DNA of 64,000 nt, taken from assembly GCA_964425225.1 (NCBI GenBank), contig CAYRMD010000010.1:16712-80711 (forward strand), written 5' to 3'. The stretch is from an uncultured Pirellulaceae bacterium. GTDB lineage: Bacteria > Planctomycetota > Planctomycetia > Pirellulales > Pirellulaceae. Shown piece by piece: positions 9,326 to 18,264 of the stretch. Position 1 is the stretch's first letter, and each line of letters starts with the position of its first letter. Below the pieces are notes generated by a model, which did no database searches, was not told the origin of the DNA, and saw only the letters and a program-made list of their open reading frames with translations. Made by a program: the position numbers and the translations under genes.

Positions 9326-10222
9326 TTATCCAGCCAGCCTTTCCGAAGAGTCCTGCTCCGGGTCGTCACGAAAATCGGCAATGCGCAGCATGGTCGGCAT
9401 CCGCCTCCGTTCGGGAATGATACCCCGTGCACAGGATGCAAAAAACGAGTTGTATTCGGCCGCCGGTCCGTCTGGGAACAGACGGCGCAATTCGGACAGA
9501 ATCGTGAGCCAAGGTTTGTCGCTGCGATAAATGAGTCGGTAAGCTTGTTTCAATTCAACCATCTGCTCGGCTGTATAACCGGCGCGCTTTAAGCCGACTA
9601 AATTCAACCCGACGACCCGGCTGGTTTCGCCATCTACGGTGACGTAAGGAGGCACATCGCGTGTGATATGACCCTGGCCTCCGACCATCGCACAACGTCC
9701 GATACGGCAGAACTGATGTACGGCCACCGCGCCCGAAAGATACGCGCGGTCATGTACCTGGACGTGACCGGCCAACAGGACATTGTTTGCCAGAATGGTG
9801 CAATTACCGATGCGGCAATCATGGGCAATGTGCGCGCCGACCATGATCATGTTATCGTCGCCGATTTCGGTGGTTCCATTGGGAGCGACGGCGCGATGGA
9901 TCGTTGCGAATTCACGAATTTGATTGCGGGCTCCAATTCGCACCGTACCGATCACGGGTCCGGCGCGTAGGTGCTGTGGAGAACCACCTAGGCATGCACC
10001 TTCGAAAATATGATTCTCCGGACCGAGGATAGTACCAGACTTTAGGGTAACGCGCGCCTCGATAATGCAATCGTCCCCGATGACGACGCCGTCTTCCACC
10101 AGAGCAAATGCTCCGATCCGAACTCCTTTGCCCAGTTCCGCCTGGGGACTAACCAAAGCCGTTGGATGGATATTGGCCACGCGCGTCGATCCCTTAATGG
10201 TCGCCCGAAATCTGCTTGCCAT
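9326..10222 (-). CDS. lpxA: Acyl-ACP--UDP-N-acetylglucosamine O-acyltransferase
   Basis: Left-handed beta-helix hexapeptide repeats (IHPTALVSPQAELGKGVRIGAFALVEDGVVIGDDCII...), followed by the LpxA C-terminal helical domain (GLNLVGLKRAGYTAEQMVELKQAYRLIY). Confidence 0.9.
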   Translation of the reverse strand: MASRFRATIKGSTRVANIHPTALVSPQAELGKGVRIGAFALVEDGVVIGDDCIIEARVTLKSGTILGPENHIFEGACLGGSPQHLRAGPVIGTVRIGARNQIREFATIHRAVAPNGTTEIGDDNMIMVGAHIAHDCRIGNCTILANNVLLAGHVQVHDRAYLSGAVAVHQFCRIGRCAMVGGQGHITRDVPPYVTVDGETSRVVGLNLVGLKRAGYTAEQMVELKQAYRLIYRSDKPWLTILSELRRLFPDGPAAEYNSFFASCARGIIPERRRMPTMLRIADFRDDPEQDSSERLAG

Positions 10223-10342
10223 CCCTTGCCGCTAGCAGATAGTTGATCTGTCGGCCTTACGGCCCGCGTTGTCTCCTAGCAGCCGGACGAGCGGACTAAC
10301 TCGCGTTGTGGGCCCTCTTATTGCCGAAGCGGTCTTACTTTG

Positions 10343-11218
10343 TCAAGGCGAATTCTCATACCAACCCGGTTTCATGCCCAGTGCGGCAACCAGTTCTTCA
10401 GTGGCCTGTTGGAAGTGGCTCGGCAATTCGAGCCATGGCGCACATCGGCACAAGGCATGCGGATGCACTCTCTTGAGATTCTCACCCAACTCCATCTGCA
10501 AATCCGAGTATGAACAACCCCAAAAGAAGTGGGCGGCAATTCGTAACGGAGGATCGACAGTGGCAGTCGCTGACGATTCCCTACGTGTTTCTGGAGTTAA
10601 CAATTCGTCGATCGTAAGGAAAACAACTTGCCAACGTTCCCGAGCCTGAAGCTTTTCTACTTGCTCGACACACACAACTAATCCGGCCAGGGCCGATTGC
10701 CACTTAGCCTTGGTGCGCGGCGGCCATTGCCGTGCCACCAGCCGCGCTAGTGGTTGGCAGTTATGCCAATGCTGCCAAAGTTGGCCAAGCGTACAGCCAA
10801 ACCGAGGATGGCGCCAATCGGCCGCGATTTCGATCGCCGGTTCCAGAACGAATCGACGAAAGGCTAAACGCGGATGAGGAACGACCAGTTCGGGCCGTTC
10901 TTCTGTCTTCTGGTCATACAGCAGTATGTCGATGTCTAACGTGCGAGGGCCCCAACGGACTGTCCGTTGACGTCCCATTTGTTTTTCGATCTGTTGACAC
11001 TCCTGCCACGTTTCGTGGAGCGGCAGATCGGTGTGTAGATAGACCACACCGTTGACGTAATCCGGCTGTCCCCGGGGACCACCGACGGCTGAGTAACGAT
11101 GCCAGTGGCTACGGGCATGTAGTTGGCCGACGCGCGTAGCGAGTAAATCCACGGCGGTTTCGAGTTGAAGATAAGGATCGCCGAGATTCGAGCCGAGCCC
11201 CAGCAACAATGCGGCCAT
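10343..11218 (-). CDS. folK: 2-amino-4-hydroxy-6-hydroxymethyldihydropteridine diphosphokinase (HPPK) with ~130 aa C-terminal extension
   Basis: N-terminus LGLGSNLGDP...WGPRTLDIDILLYD...PHPRLAFRRFVLEP is the HPPK signature. The C-terminal third was not recognised. Confidence 0.85.
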   Translation of the reverse strand: MAALLLGLGSNLGDPYLQLETAVDLLATRVGQLHARSHWHRYSAVGGPRGQPDYVNGVVYLHTDLPLHETWQECQQIEKQMGRQRTVRWGPRTLDIDILLYDQKTEERPELVVPHPRLAFRRFVLEPAIEIAADWRHPRFGCTLGQLWQHWHNCQPLARLVARQWPPRTKAKWQSALAGLVVCVEQVEKLQARERWQVVFLTIDELLTPETRRESSATATVDPPLRIAAHFFWGCSYSDLQMELGENLKRVHPHALCRCAPWLELPSHFQQATEELVAALGMKPGWYENSP

Positions 11219-11731
11219 AATGAATACTCATAAAGCACGGAGGGCCATGCATCCGCAGAGTTGACGCGCAACCATGATTATAGAGGACGCACACGGCGAA
11301 CCGGTATAATGAGGTGCACGCGGCTTTTCGCGTACCTGGCTCGAGAAAAACACTGGGGTGGGCGTCCAGGCCGCGGGCTACGCCGGCTGTCGCATCCCTC
11401 AGTCGCCGCCCCCCAGGAAACAACCTATCCGCCTCGGCTTAATCCTGCGCGATTGCGCTGCGAACCTTGGTGGCAAAACGGTTTCGGTCACCGCGACTGG
11501 CGAACCGACCGACTGCTGACCGACAGCGGTGGCTTTCCGAGTCGCGCGGAGCATAGTTTTCGACCGCCTGTCGCGATCTGTCAAGTTCGTTAAAACTTTG
11601 AGGTAGGGTTATCTAACCGGCAAGAGCTTTTTTGCATGGTAAAAATGCAATAATTAGCTTAAGAAGCTACGGGCCGCGTAGCCAAGCTTGGCTACGGGTG
11701 ATTGTGAAAAACTCGTTGGTAGGATTCGCGC

Positions 11732-13981
11732 TTGCCACCGCTTGCTGGTAAAAAACGCTTGGAATACTTGAGCCCGCGGCAGATTTTCCGCAAAGCTCGC
11801 CGCGCGCTTATCGCAAAGCTCGCAGTGGTTCGGCCTGCCACATGGGCGATGGCCGCAAGTCTGGTAAGTGCCTCAGGAGCGATTCTAGCGCTTGTTGTGC
11901 TCGTGCCAGACCGTTCTCTTCCAGCGCATCTATCGATCCTGTTCTTGGCTGTCGCTATTTCCGCTTGCGCTGCGGCGTTCTCATGGTGGTATGTCGCACG
12001 CCGCAAAGGGCGATGGGCATGGTATCGGCGTTGGCGCGCCGAGCGGCGGCGGCTGCGTGCCGAACGGCACCGACTGGCTGCCGAACGAGCTGACTGGACA
12101 GCATCGCTCGAACAATGGACCGCCCAAATCACCTCGCGCGAAAAACAACTGATCAACCGCCTGACCACCTTCCACGAATGGATGGAGTTTCCCCAACCAA
12201 TTAGCCTGACCGAGGCTGAAAATGATGTGGCGAGCTGGATACAGAAAGACCGTCAATTGGTGGAGTTGCTCCAACGCCAAACTGAAGCGTTCTTCCAGAA
12301 AGTATTGGCGAATGCATACTTGGAGAACAATCAGTTACAGTGGGCCCGCATTCGTGACGATGCCATCGGTTTGATACGCCAAGTAGCACGCCTGTATCGC
12401 CCGGAGGTCGACGAACCGCTCTTGGAGGTAAGTGTCGAACAGATCTTGCGCTCAGCCAGCCGTGTGTGTCTGCAAATGCTGATCGTCTTGGATCGGCTGC
12501 CACTGGATGTCAAACAATACAATCTTAACCGATTGTACGGTTACATTCGGTCGGCCGTGAAGGCATACGGTATCTACAAAGCAGCCGAGCCGTATTTGCC
12601 CTACGTTAGTTCTGCCTATTACCTTGGGCGAGCGGCCATGGGAGCCAACCCGTGGCTGTTGAGTGCTTGGTGGCTCGTGGGTCGGCAGAGTCAACGGTGG
12701 GTCAAGCAATGGGCCGGACGCTTTGTCGAGCGTCAGGCACTGGCATTGTTGCGGGATGTGGTTCACCTGATTGGGTATGAAGCAGCGGCAGTATACGGAG
12801 GCGACTTTTACCACCGTGACGCCAATTGGATTTATGGCGTGGAACTGGTGGAACTCATGAGAAGTGTCCCATTGGCGCCGGATAGTTTTCGAGCAGCGTT
12901 GAATGAGTTAGGCCGATTGCCTCTGCGCAGCGAATATGATCGCGTGTTTTTGTATCGCGCGGTGGCAGTGCGACAATCGGCGGATCCGGATCGCTATCGT
13001 CCCCGCGAATTGCTCACCCCGCAAGAGCGCCAGTCAATTGGGCGTCGATTGGAAAACTTCGCACACGCGTTCTGGGTTCACGGAGACCTTTCGCAATGGA
13101 CTCGCTGGGCTCAACGTGCCGAAGAGCGACTGGGAGTTCGATTCAGTTTTCCCTGCCAGGAGCCTCTGCCACCCGAAGAGCAACGGATCGAGGCGGTCCG
13201 CTCCCTGGCAAGTTACCTGCTGGATCGAAAAGAATGCGAGCTGTCAGCTATCGAAACGTGGCTGACGAATACCCAGTGTTGGAAACGCCTGAGCACCGAA
13301 CAACAGGCTGCGATGCGCGAGGAGCTTTTGCAGAATCCACCGTATGTGTTCCTCCTGCCGATGCTCGAGGTTCGTGGTCCGGAGGTGGAACACTATTGGG
13401 CCGACCTGGTGGAGCTAGCCGTGGCCGTACCGCCGCACTTATTTGATTTGGACGATTTGCTGGCGGAAACAGCCGCTTATTTACACCGCGAAACATCTGC
13501 CGTTCGGTACCGCTTCGACCAGGCTCTGCGCCGCCGTCTGGAAACTATCCTTGCCACGCCGGACGCCTTGCGCTGCGATCCGCCATCAGGGGTGGTACGT
13601 GCCGTGCTGGAGCTTACCGCGGATCGGCCTGGTGTGGAGTTCCTTTATCCGTGTGTCATTCGAGAATCGAGCGCAATGGCCCAAGCTGTCCTCGAATCGC
13701 GTTTCGGGCGATCCGCCTGGCTACTCGGTACCGAGCAGCGTTTAATCGTCTTTTCTGTTTCTCCGCAAGGATCCCGCATGTTGTGGACTTCCGATACGCC
13801 GATTAACCTGCGGCAATATGAAAGTTGGATCGGTTCCCGCTATCTGCTTGACGGGGGCCAATGGATCGATCCGGCCGACGTCGGTCGCTCCATTTGGGTA
13901 CCGGCACCACTCTGGAAATCTCGAGCGGATTATTGGCGGCCCCTATTGAGTTCGGCTCTTGTTCGACAAACCGAAAGCTGA
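11732..13981 (+). CDS. Large hypothetical membrane/coiled-coil protein (749 aa)
   Basis: Uninterrupted 2.25 kb ORF. It has two N-terminal hydrophobic helices, an Arg-rich heptad segment (RRWRAERRRLRAERHRLAAERADW) and a long unrecognised domain. Start is TTG 11732 or ATG 11849. Confidence 0.7.
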   Translation: MPPLAGKKRLEYLSPRQIFRKARRALIAKLAVVRPATWAMAASLVSASGAILALVVLVPDRSLPAHLSILFLAVAISACAAAFSWWYVARRKGRWAWYRRWRAERRRLRAERHRLAAERADWTASLEQWTAQITSREKQLINRLTTFHEWMEFPQPISLTEAENDVASWIQKDRQLVELLQRQTEAFFQKVLANAYLENNQLQWARIRDDAIGLIRQVARLYRPEVDEPLLEVSVEQILRSASRVCLQMLIVLDRLPLDVKQYNLNRLYGYIRSAVKAYGIYKAAEPYLPYVSSAYYLGRAAMGANPWLLSAWWLVGRQSQRWVKQWAGRFVERQALALLRDVVHLIGYEAAAVYGGDFYHRDANWIYGVELVELMRSVPLAPDSFRAALNELGRLPLRSEYDRVFLYRAVAVRQSADPDRYRPRELLTPQERQSIGRRLENFAHAFWVHGDLSQWTRWAQRAEERLGVRFSFPCQEPLPPEEQRIEAVRSLASYLLDRKECELSAIETWLTNTQCWKRLSTEQQAAMREELLQNPPYVFLLPMLEVRGPEVEHYWADLVELAVAVPPHLFDLDDLLAETAAYLHRETSAVRYRFDQALRRRLETILATPDALRCDPPSGVVRAVLELTADRPGVEFLYPCVIRESSAMAQAVLESRFGRSAWLLGTEQRLIVFSVSPQGSRMLWTSDTPINLRQYESWIGSRYLLDGGQWIDPADVGRSIWVPAPLWKSRADYWRPLLSSALVRQTES

Positions 13982-14020
13982 GAATTCCCTCCGAAAGTCT
14001 AGAATTCCCTCGAAGACTTG
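13982..14020 (+). repeat. Tandem direct repeat AGAATTCCCTC(C)GAA(A)G(T/A)CT x2
   Basis: agaattccctccgaaagtct (13982-14001) is followed directly by agaattccctcgaagactt (14002-14020), just after the 749-aa stop. Confidence 0.7.
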
Positions 14021-14115
14021 TACGGGACTCCGAGCCGGTTTAGCATGAGGGGTGTAGGTGGTCAGGGCGTTGACCGCCTGTGGGTGCTAGGTAGCCGTAG
14101 AAAGGAAGAGGCGTT

Positions 14116-14559
14116 ATGTCAAGTCCTGCGGTTGGGCGGCCGTTAGAGTTGTTACTAATCGAAGACAATTTGATGGATGCCCAGGTTGCTATCCGAGCCC
14201 TGCGGGACGGTCAGGTGATTCACCGAATGACGTTAGTCGTCGACGGCGAAGAGGCGCTAGAATTCTTGAAACGATGCGGTCGGTTCAAACGTGCGCCTCG
14301 TCCGGACATCGTCTTGTTGGATCTCTTCTTGCCGAAACGCAGTGGCTTGGAAGTACTGGCAGAAATTCGGCAAGATCCGGAGTTGCACAACCTGCCGGTT
14401 GTGGTGTTGACTACCAGCGAAGATGAAGCCATGCGTGCCGAGTGTGAGCGATACGAAGTGGATTGCTACCTCGTGAAACCCGTCAACCTAGAAAAATTCA
14501 TCCGAGTGGTTCAGCAAATCAAGCGTTTGTTGCTTGAAGATGTCATCCTCCCGGTGTGA
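14116..14559 (+). CDS. Single-domain response regulator (CheY/Rcp1-like receiver)
   Basis: LLIEDNLMDA...DIVLLDLFLPKRSG...VVVLTTS...YLVKP gives the acidic pocket, phospho-Asp, Thr and Lys positions. RBS AAGGAAGAGG lies upstream. Confidence 0.9.
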   Translation: MSSPAVGRPLELLLIEDNLMDAQVAIRALRDGQVIHRMTLVVDGEEALEFLKRCGRFKRAPRPDIVLLDLFLPKRSGLEVLAEIRQDPELHNLPVVVLTTSEDEAMRAECERYEVDCYLVKPVNLEKFIRVVQQIKRLLLEDVILPV

Positions 14560-14593
14560 TTTCGGTTCATACCAAGGGCACAAGGAACGTGCC

Positions 14594-15262
14594 GTGTCGG
14601 ACGATCCGTTTTTACCGGCCCCTGCGCTTGGTATCTTAGAAACCCATGGCTTGACGCCGGCTTTAGTGGCGCTAGATGTGATGGAGAAGTCGGCTCCGGT
14701 ACGGGTCGTCGAAGCGGAGCTGAACGACGCCCGCGGGTACGTGCTGAAGATCGTCGGCCCGATTCCCGCCGTTGCGACTGCCTTGCAGGCAGCTCGAACG
14801 GTAGCCGAGCAAATGGGTGGCCATCCCATCGTTCACCAAATCGGTGCCCCCGATCGTCACGCGTGGAAAGGCGTACGAAGTGTTATCGAGTACAATCCGC
14901 TTATTCAGCAACCCATCGTATTTCAGCCCGATTCTCTACGAGCGGCTAGGCAAATTGTCCAGGAGGCACAGCCAGTGAGTCAACCGGAATCATTCGCGCT
15001 GGGGCTCATTGAAACCCAAGGTTTTACTGCGGTGTTCGAGGCCGTCGATACGGCATGCAAGACTGCCAACGTCGAAGTCATAGGCAAGGAAAAATTAGGG
15101 GGAGGTTATGTCACCGTGATTCTCAAAGGCGATGTGGCTGCGGTTAAAGCAGCGGTGCAAGCCGGTGCCCAACGAGTCGAAGGGCTCGGCAAGCTCATCG
15201 CTGCGCATGTGATTGCACGTCCCAGTCCCTCCGTTCTAAGTCTGCTTCCGCGATCCGGCTAG
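14594..15262 (+). CDS. Tandem-domain bacterial microcompartment shell protein (BMC-T type)
   Basis: Two BMC (Pfam00936-like) domains. The first is LGILETHGLTPALVALDVMEKSAPVRVV...GYVLKIVG. The second is canonical: LGLIETQGFTAVFEAVDTACKTANVEVIGKEKLGGGYVTVILKGDVAAVKAAVQAG. GTG 14594 follows AAGGAA; the alternative ATG 14534 overlaps the RR gene. Confidence 0.85.
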   Translation: MSDDPFLPAPALGILETHGLTPALVALDVMEKSAPVRVVEAELNDARGYVLKIVGPIPAVATALQAARTVAEQMGGHPIVHQIGAPDRHAWKGVRSVIEYNPLIQQPIVFQPDSLRAARQIVQEAQPVSQPESFALGLIETQGFTAVFEAVDTACKTANVEVIGKEKLGGGYVTVILKGDVAAVKAAVQAGAQRVEGLGKLIAAHVIARPSPSVLSLLPRSG

Positions 15263-15269
15263 GCACCCT

Positions 15270-15926
15270 ATGCAAGTATTGGTCGAATCCCACCCGCATC
15301 TTTATTTAAGGGGGTTTCTCACGGAGCTATCCCAACCGCTGGGACAACTATCGACGCCGGCCCGCGTCAAGGATCTGCTGCGTCTTGACTTTAAGGCTCC
15401 CATCGAGCGACCACCGGGATTGGAACCGGCGGTGCGCGACATGCTACGTTACGGGGGATTCAAACCGTCCGGAAGAAGCAAACCGTCTTCCGAATACCTG
15501 ATGGCGGCAGCACAGTCAGGCCGTTTTCCTCAAGTCAACCTCCTGGTGGATCTAGCCAACGGCGTCTCGTTGCATTCCGGGTTACCCATCAGCTTAGTGG
15601 ATCTGGGTCGGCTGAGTCCGCCCCTTATCGTGAAAATCGCGTCTGCCGGAAGTGCGTATCCATTTAACCCCTCGGGTCAGCAAATCGATGTGTCGGGCCT
15701 GGTCTGCTTGCACGATGCGATGGGACCCTGTGCTAACGCCGTCAAAGATGCGCAGCGCGTCAAGACCGATGCCACCACCACAGTCACCTTGACACTGATT
15801 TGGGGTTGCCGGGCGTTCGCTTGGTATGTCGAGCAGGCCGAGCGCTGGTACCGTTATATTTTGGGTGAGTTAGGTTTCCGTGTGACGGAGTTATCATTCC
15901 AGCGGATCGGCGAGTCGATTAGCTGA
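15270..15926 (+). CDS. B3/B4 domain protein (PheT-related tRNA-binding domain family)
   Basis: YGGFKPSGRSKPSSEYLM...NLLVDLANGVSLHSGLPISLVDL...DAMGPCANAVKDAQRVKT is typical of stand-alone B3/4 proteins. Starts 8 nt after the BMC-T stop. Confidence 0.75.
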   Translation: MQVLVESHPHLYLRGFLTELSQPLGQLSTPARVKDLLRLDFKAPIERPPGLEPAVRDMLRYGGFKPSGRSKPSSEYLMAAAQSGRFPQVNLLVDLANGVSLHSGLPISLVDLGRLSPPLIVKIASAGSAYPFNPSGQQIDVSGLVCLHDAMGPCANAVKDAQRVKTDATTTVTLTLIWGCRAFAWYVEQAERWYRYILGELGFRVTELSFQRIGESIS

Positions 15927-15976
15927 TCGAGTCGATCAGCTCACCGAGTCGGCCCGCATGCCGGTTGGTTCCAGGA

Positions 15977-17035
15977 TCAGTCGATTAGCCACCGGGTTAC
16001 GCAGGGTGCACCTTTCTCCAGAAATCGCCGGCGAATTTCATCTGGATGAGCAACGCCCGTGGTACCCAATTGTTCGATGGTGATCGACGCTACCAGGTTG
16101 GCAAACGCAGCAGCTTCCCAGGGCGAAGCGCCCGCCAACAGGCCGCTCACAATAGCGCTGCTGGCGGCATCTCCGGCGCCGACAATGTCAATCGGTCCTG
16201 TCACCGGAACAGCGTGTACCTTGACGGGCTGGGTGTCAGGTAGAGCTACCAGGATGCCCTCTTCACCCAAGGTGCAGAAGGCAGGCTGTTGCGTGCAATG
16301 TACGCGAGCCGTAACGGACTCCCACAACTGCTGCCGACTGGACATCTCGTTACGGCCAGTGGCCTGGAGAAACTCACGACGGTTTCCCTTTGCCATACCC
16401 ACGCGAAAGCATCCTAAACGCTCGCGACTATCGACCAACACTAGCTTGTCCGGCATCCAGTGACAGAGTTGCTCAAGGACCTGACGCGTACGTGGGTTTA
16501 CGACTCCGTTAGCTTCCTCGGGAACTTGATCCAACACGATCCACCCGTCGCATTCTGCAAACGCCGTTTGCAGACTTGAGGTAAGCATCTGTTGGGCGGT
16601 TTCCGACAACGGATGGCGCGAGCGAACATCCAAACGATTCAACTCGTACGGCGGTTGGCCCGTGCGTAACTCGATCGGTTTCGTGTACGTAGGCGTCATC
16701 CGGTCTGCCAGGCGTAGGATTCTCGTTGTATCCACCGGCAGTCCGTCCATGGCACGAAGTAGGTCGTACGCGTGGCCGTCGTCCCCGATGACCGTCACCG
16801 GCACGATACGGCCGACTCCAAGGGCCGCCAGATTGTTCATGATCGTGCCGAGGGCTCCCGGAGAGTTACGGATGCGAACCACCTGATGAGCCGGACGACC
16901 TGTTTCTATCGAACGCTCCTCTAGTTCCGGATCAATCTCTAGGTACCGATCCAAGAACAGGTCACCAAGAAGGCCGATGGTGAGCCCTGGCAGGTTCTGC
17001 AGGATCATCTCGAGCCGCTCACGGGTCAATTGCAT
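15977..17035 (-). CDS. PfkB-family carbohydrate or sugar-phosphate kinase (RfaE domain I-like)
   Basis: [10 protein letters not shown]...[14 protein letters not shown]...[18 protein letters not shown] (PfkB signature 2). Start taken at MQLTRERLE (17035) so that it does not overlap rpmJ. Confidence 0.8.
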   Translation of the reverse strand: MQLTRERLEMILQNLPGLTIGLLGDLFLDRYLEIDPELEERSIETGRPAHQVVRIRNSPGALGTIMNNLAALGVGRIVPVTVIGDDGHAYDLLRAMDGLPVDTTRILRLADRMTPTYTKPIELRTGQPPYELNRLDVRSRHPLSETAQQMLTSSLQTAFAECDGWIVLDQVPEEANGVVNPRTRQVLEQLCHWMPDKLVLVDSRERLGCFRVGMAKGNRREFLQATGRNEMSSRQQLWESVTARVHCTQQPAFCTLGEEGILVALPDTQPVKVHAVPVTGPIDIVGAGDAASSAIVSGLLAGASPWEAAAFANLVASITIEQLGTTGVAHPDEIRRRFLEKGAPCVTRWLID

Positions 17036-17083
17036 GGGATGCCCCCATGAAGCAAACGCCTGTGCGCCTGGCACAAACTCCCC

Positions 17084-17113
17084 TTGCCATACTTCCACCA
17101 AGCTGCGTATATT
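17084..17113 (+). promoter_or_regulatory. Candidate sigma70-type promoter for rpmJ-rpsM-rpsK-rpoA-rplQ
   Basis: TTGCCA (17084-17089), an 18-nt spacer, then TATATT (17108-17113), 32 nt upstream of the rpmJ ATG. GGAGG at 17131. Confidence 0.35.
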
Positions 17114-17144
17114 GCATAATTCCCCGGTTGGGAGGAACGAGACG

Positions 17145-17258
17145 ATGAAAGTACGAGCAAGCGTTAAGCGGATATGCGAGCACTGCCGTGTGGTGCGTCG
17201 CAAGGGCCGCGTGTACATTATCTGCAAGAACCGTCGCCACAAGCAACGCCAGGGTTAG
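17145..17258 (+). CDS. rpmJ: 50S ribosomal protein L36
   Basis: [37 protein letters not shown], 37 aa. Confidence 0.95.
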   Translation: MKVRASVKRICEHCRVVRRKGRVYIICKNRRHKQRQG

Positions 17259-17408
17259 GCTTTTGGGGTGCAAACCAGCCCGTTGCTTCGCTTGGAGCGT
17301 TCGCTTGGTCGGTGACTGCTTACTGCCCAGCGAATCAACGATTTAAATTAAGAGTTTTCGACGGGTTAAGCCCAGACACCCAGTAAACATTAAGGAGCCC
17401 GCTAGCTT

Positions 17409-17792
17409 ATGCCGCGCATCCTGGGGGTAGACATCCCAAGTGACAAGCCGACTGTTATTTCGTTGCAATACCTGTACGGGGTTGGACCCCGGATAGCCCG
17501 CGAGTTATGCCAAAAGGCTAAAGTGGATCCGCAGCGTCGAGCTCGGGAGTTGAGCGAAGACGAAGTGGGCCGCTTGGCAGCTTTGTTAGAGCGGGATTAT
17601 ATGGTCGAAGGCCCACTACGTCGGCAGGTGGCGCAGAATATCAACCGCTTGCGCGACATTAAATGTTATCGCGGGATTCGTCATCGCTTGGGGTTACCCG
17701 TGCGCGGTCAGCGTACTCGTACCAACGCCCGGACTCGCAAAGGTCCGAAAAAGACCGTTGCCGGCAAGAAAGGCGTAAAAGATCTGCGTTAG
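17409..17792 (+). CDS. rpsM: 30S ribosomal protein S13
   Basis: [26 protein letters not shown]...[26 protein letters not shown]. Confidence 0.97.
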   Translation: MPRILGVDIPSDKPTVISLQYLYGVGPRIARELCQKAKVDPQRRARELSEDEVGRLAALLERDYMVEGPLRRQVAQNINRLRDIKCYRGIRHRLGLPVRGQRTRTNARTRKGPKKTVAGKKGVKDLR

Positions 17793-17819
17793 GTTCGATG
17801 GGATGCCGGAGGTCAATGC

Positions 17820-18200
17820 ATGGCAAAAGCCAAAAAGAAGAAACTTCGCAGAAATGTCACGCAAGCCGTGGCCCATATTAAAGCCACCTTCAACAATACG
17901 ATGGTGACGATCACCGACATGAAGGGCGATACTCTCTGTTGGGCCAGTGCCGGTACCTGTGGCTTTAAAGGGAGCCGCAAGAGTACGCCCTTTGCTGGTC
18001 AATGTGCGGCACAGCAAGCAGCGGAAAAAGCCGCAAAATTCGGTGTTCGAGAGTTGGAAGTACGAATAAAAGGCCCTGGTGCTGGCCGCGAAAGTGCTAT
18101 TACGGCTTTGCAATCGGCCGGTATGACTATCAAAGTAATCGAAGACGTCACCCCTATCCCGCATAACGGTTGTCGGCCCCGCAAGCGACGTCGCGTCTAG
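17820..18200 (+). CDS. rpsK: 30S ribosomal protein S11
   Basis: [27 protein letters not shown]...GSRKSTPFA...[21 protein letters not shown]. Confidence 0.97.
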   Translation: MAKAKKKKLRRNVTQAVAHIKATFNNTMVTITDMKGDTLCWASAGTCGFKGSRKSTPFAGQCAAQQAAEKAAKFGVRELEVRIKGPGAGRESAITALQSAGMTIKVIEDVTPIPHNGCRPRKRRRV

Positions 18201-18264
18201 CGGGCCTGTCCGATACCAGGAAAATCAAGGCGGCTGACGCTTGCCCGTAACACAGGAGGCATCT

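Noticed and set aside
17069-17088. Sigma-54 promoter (TGGCAC...TTGC) upstream of rpmJ.
   Set aside because: The spacing between the GG and GC elements is about 4 nt too long for the -24/-12 consensus. A sigma70-like TTGCCA-N18-TATATT fits better.
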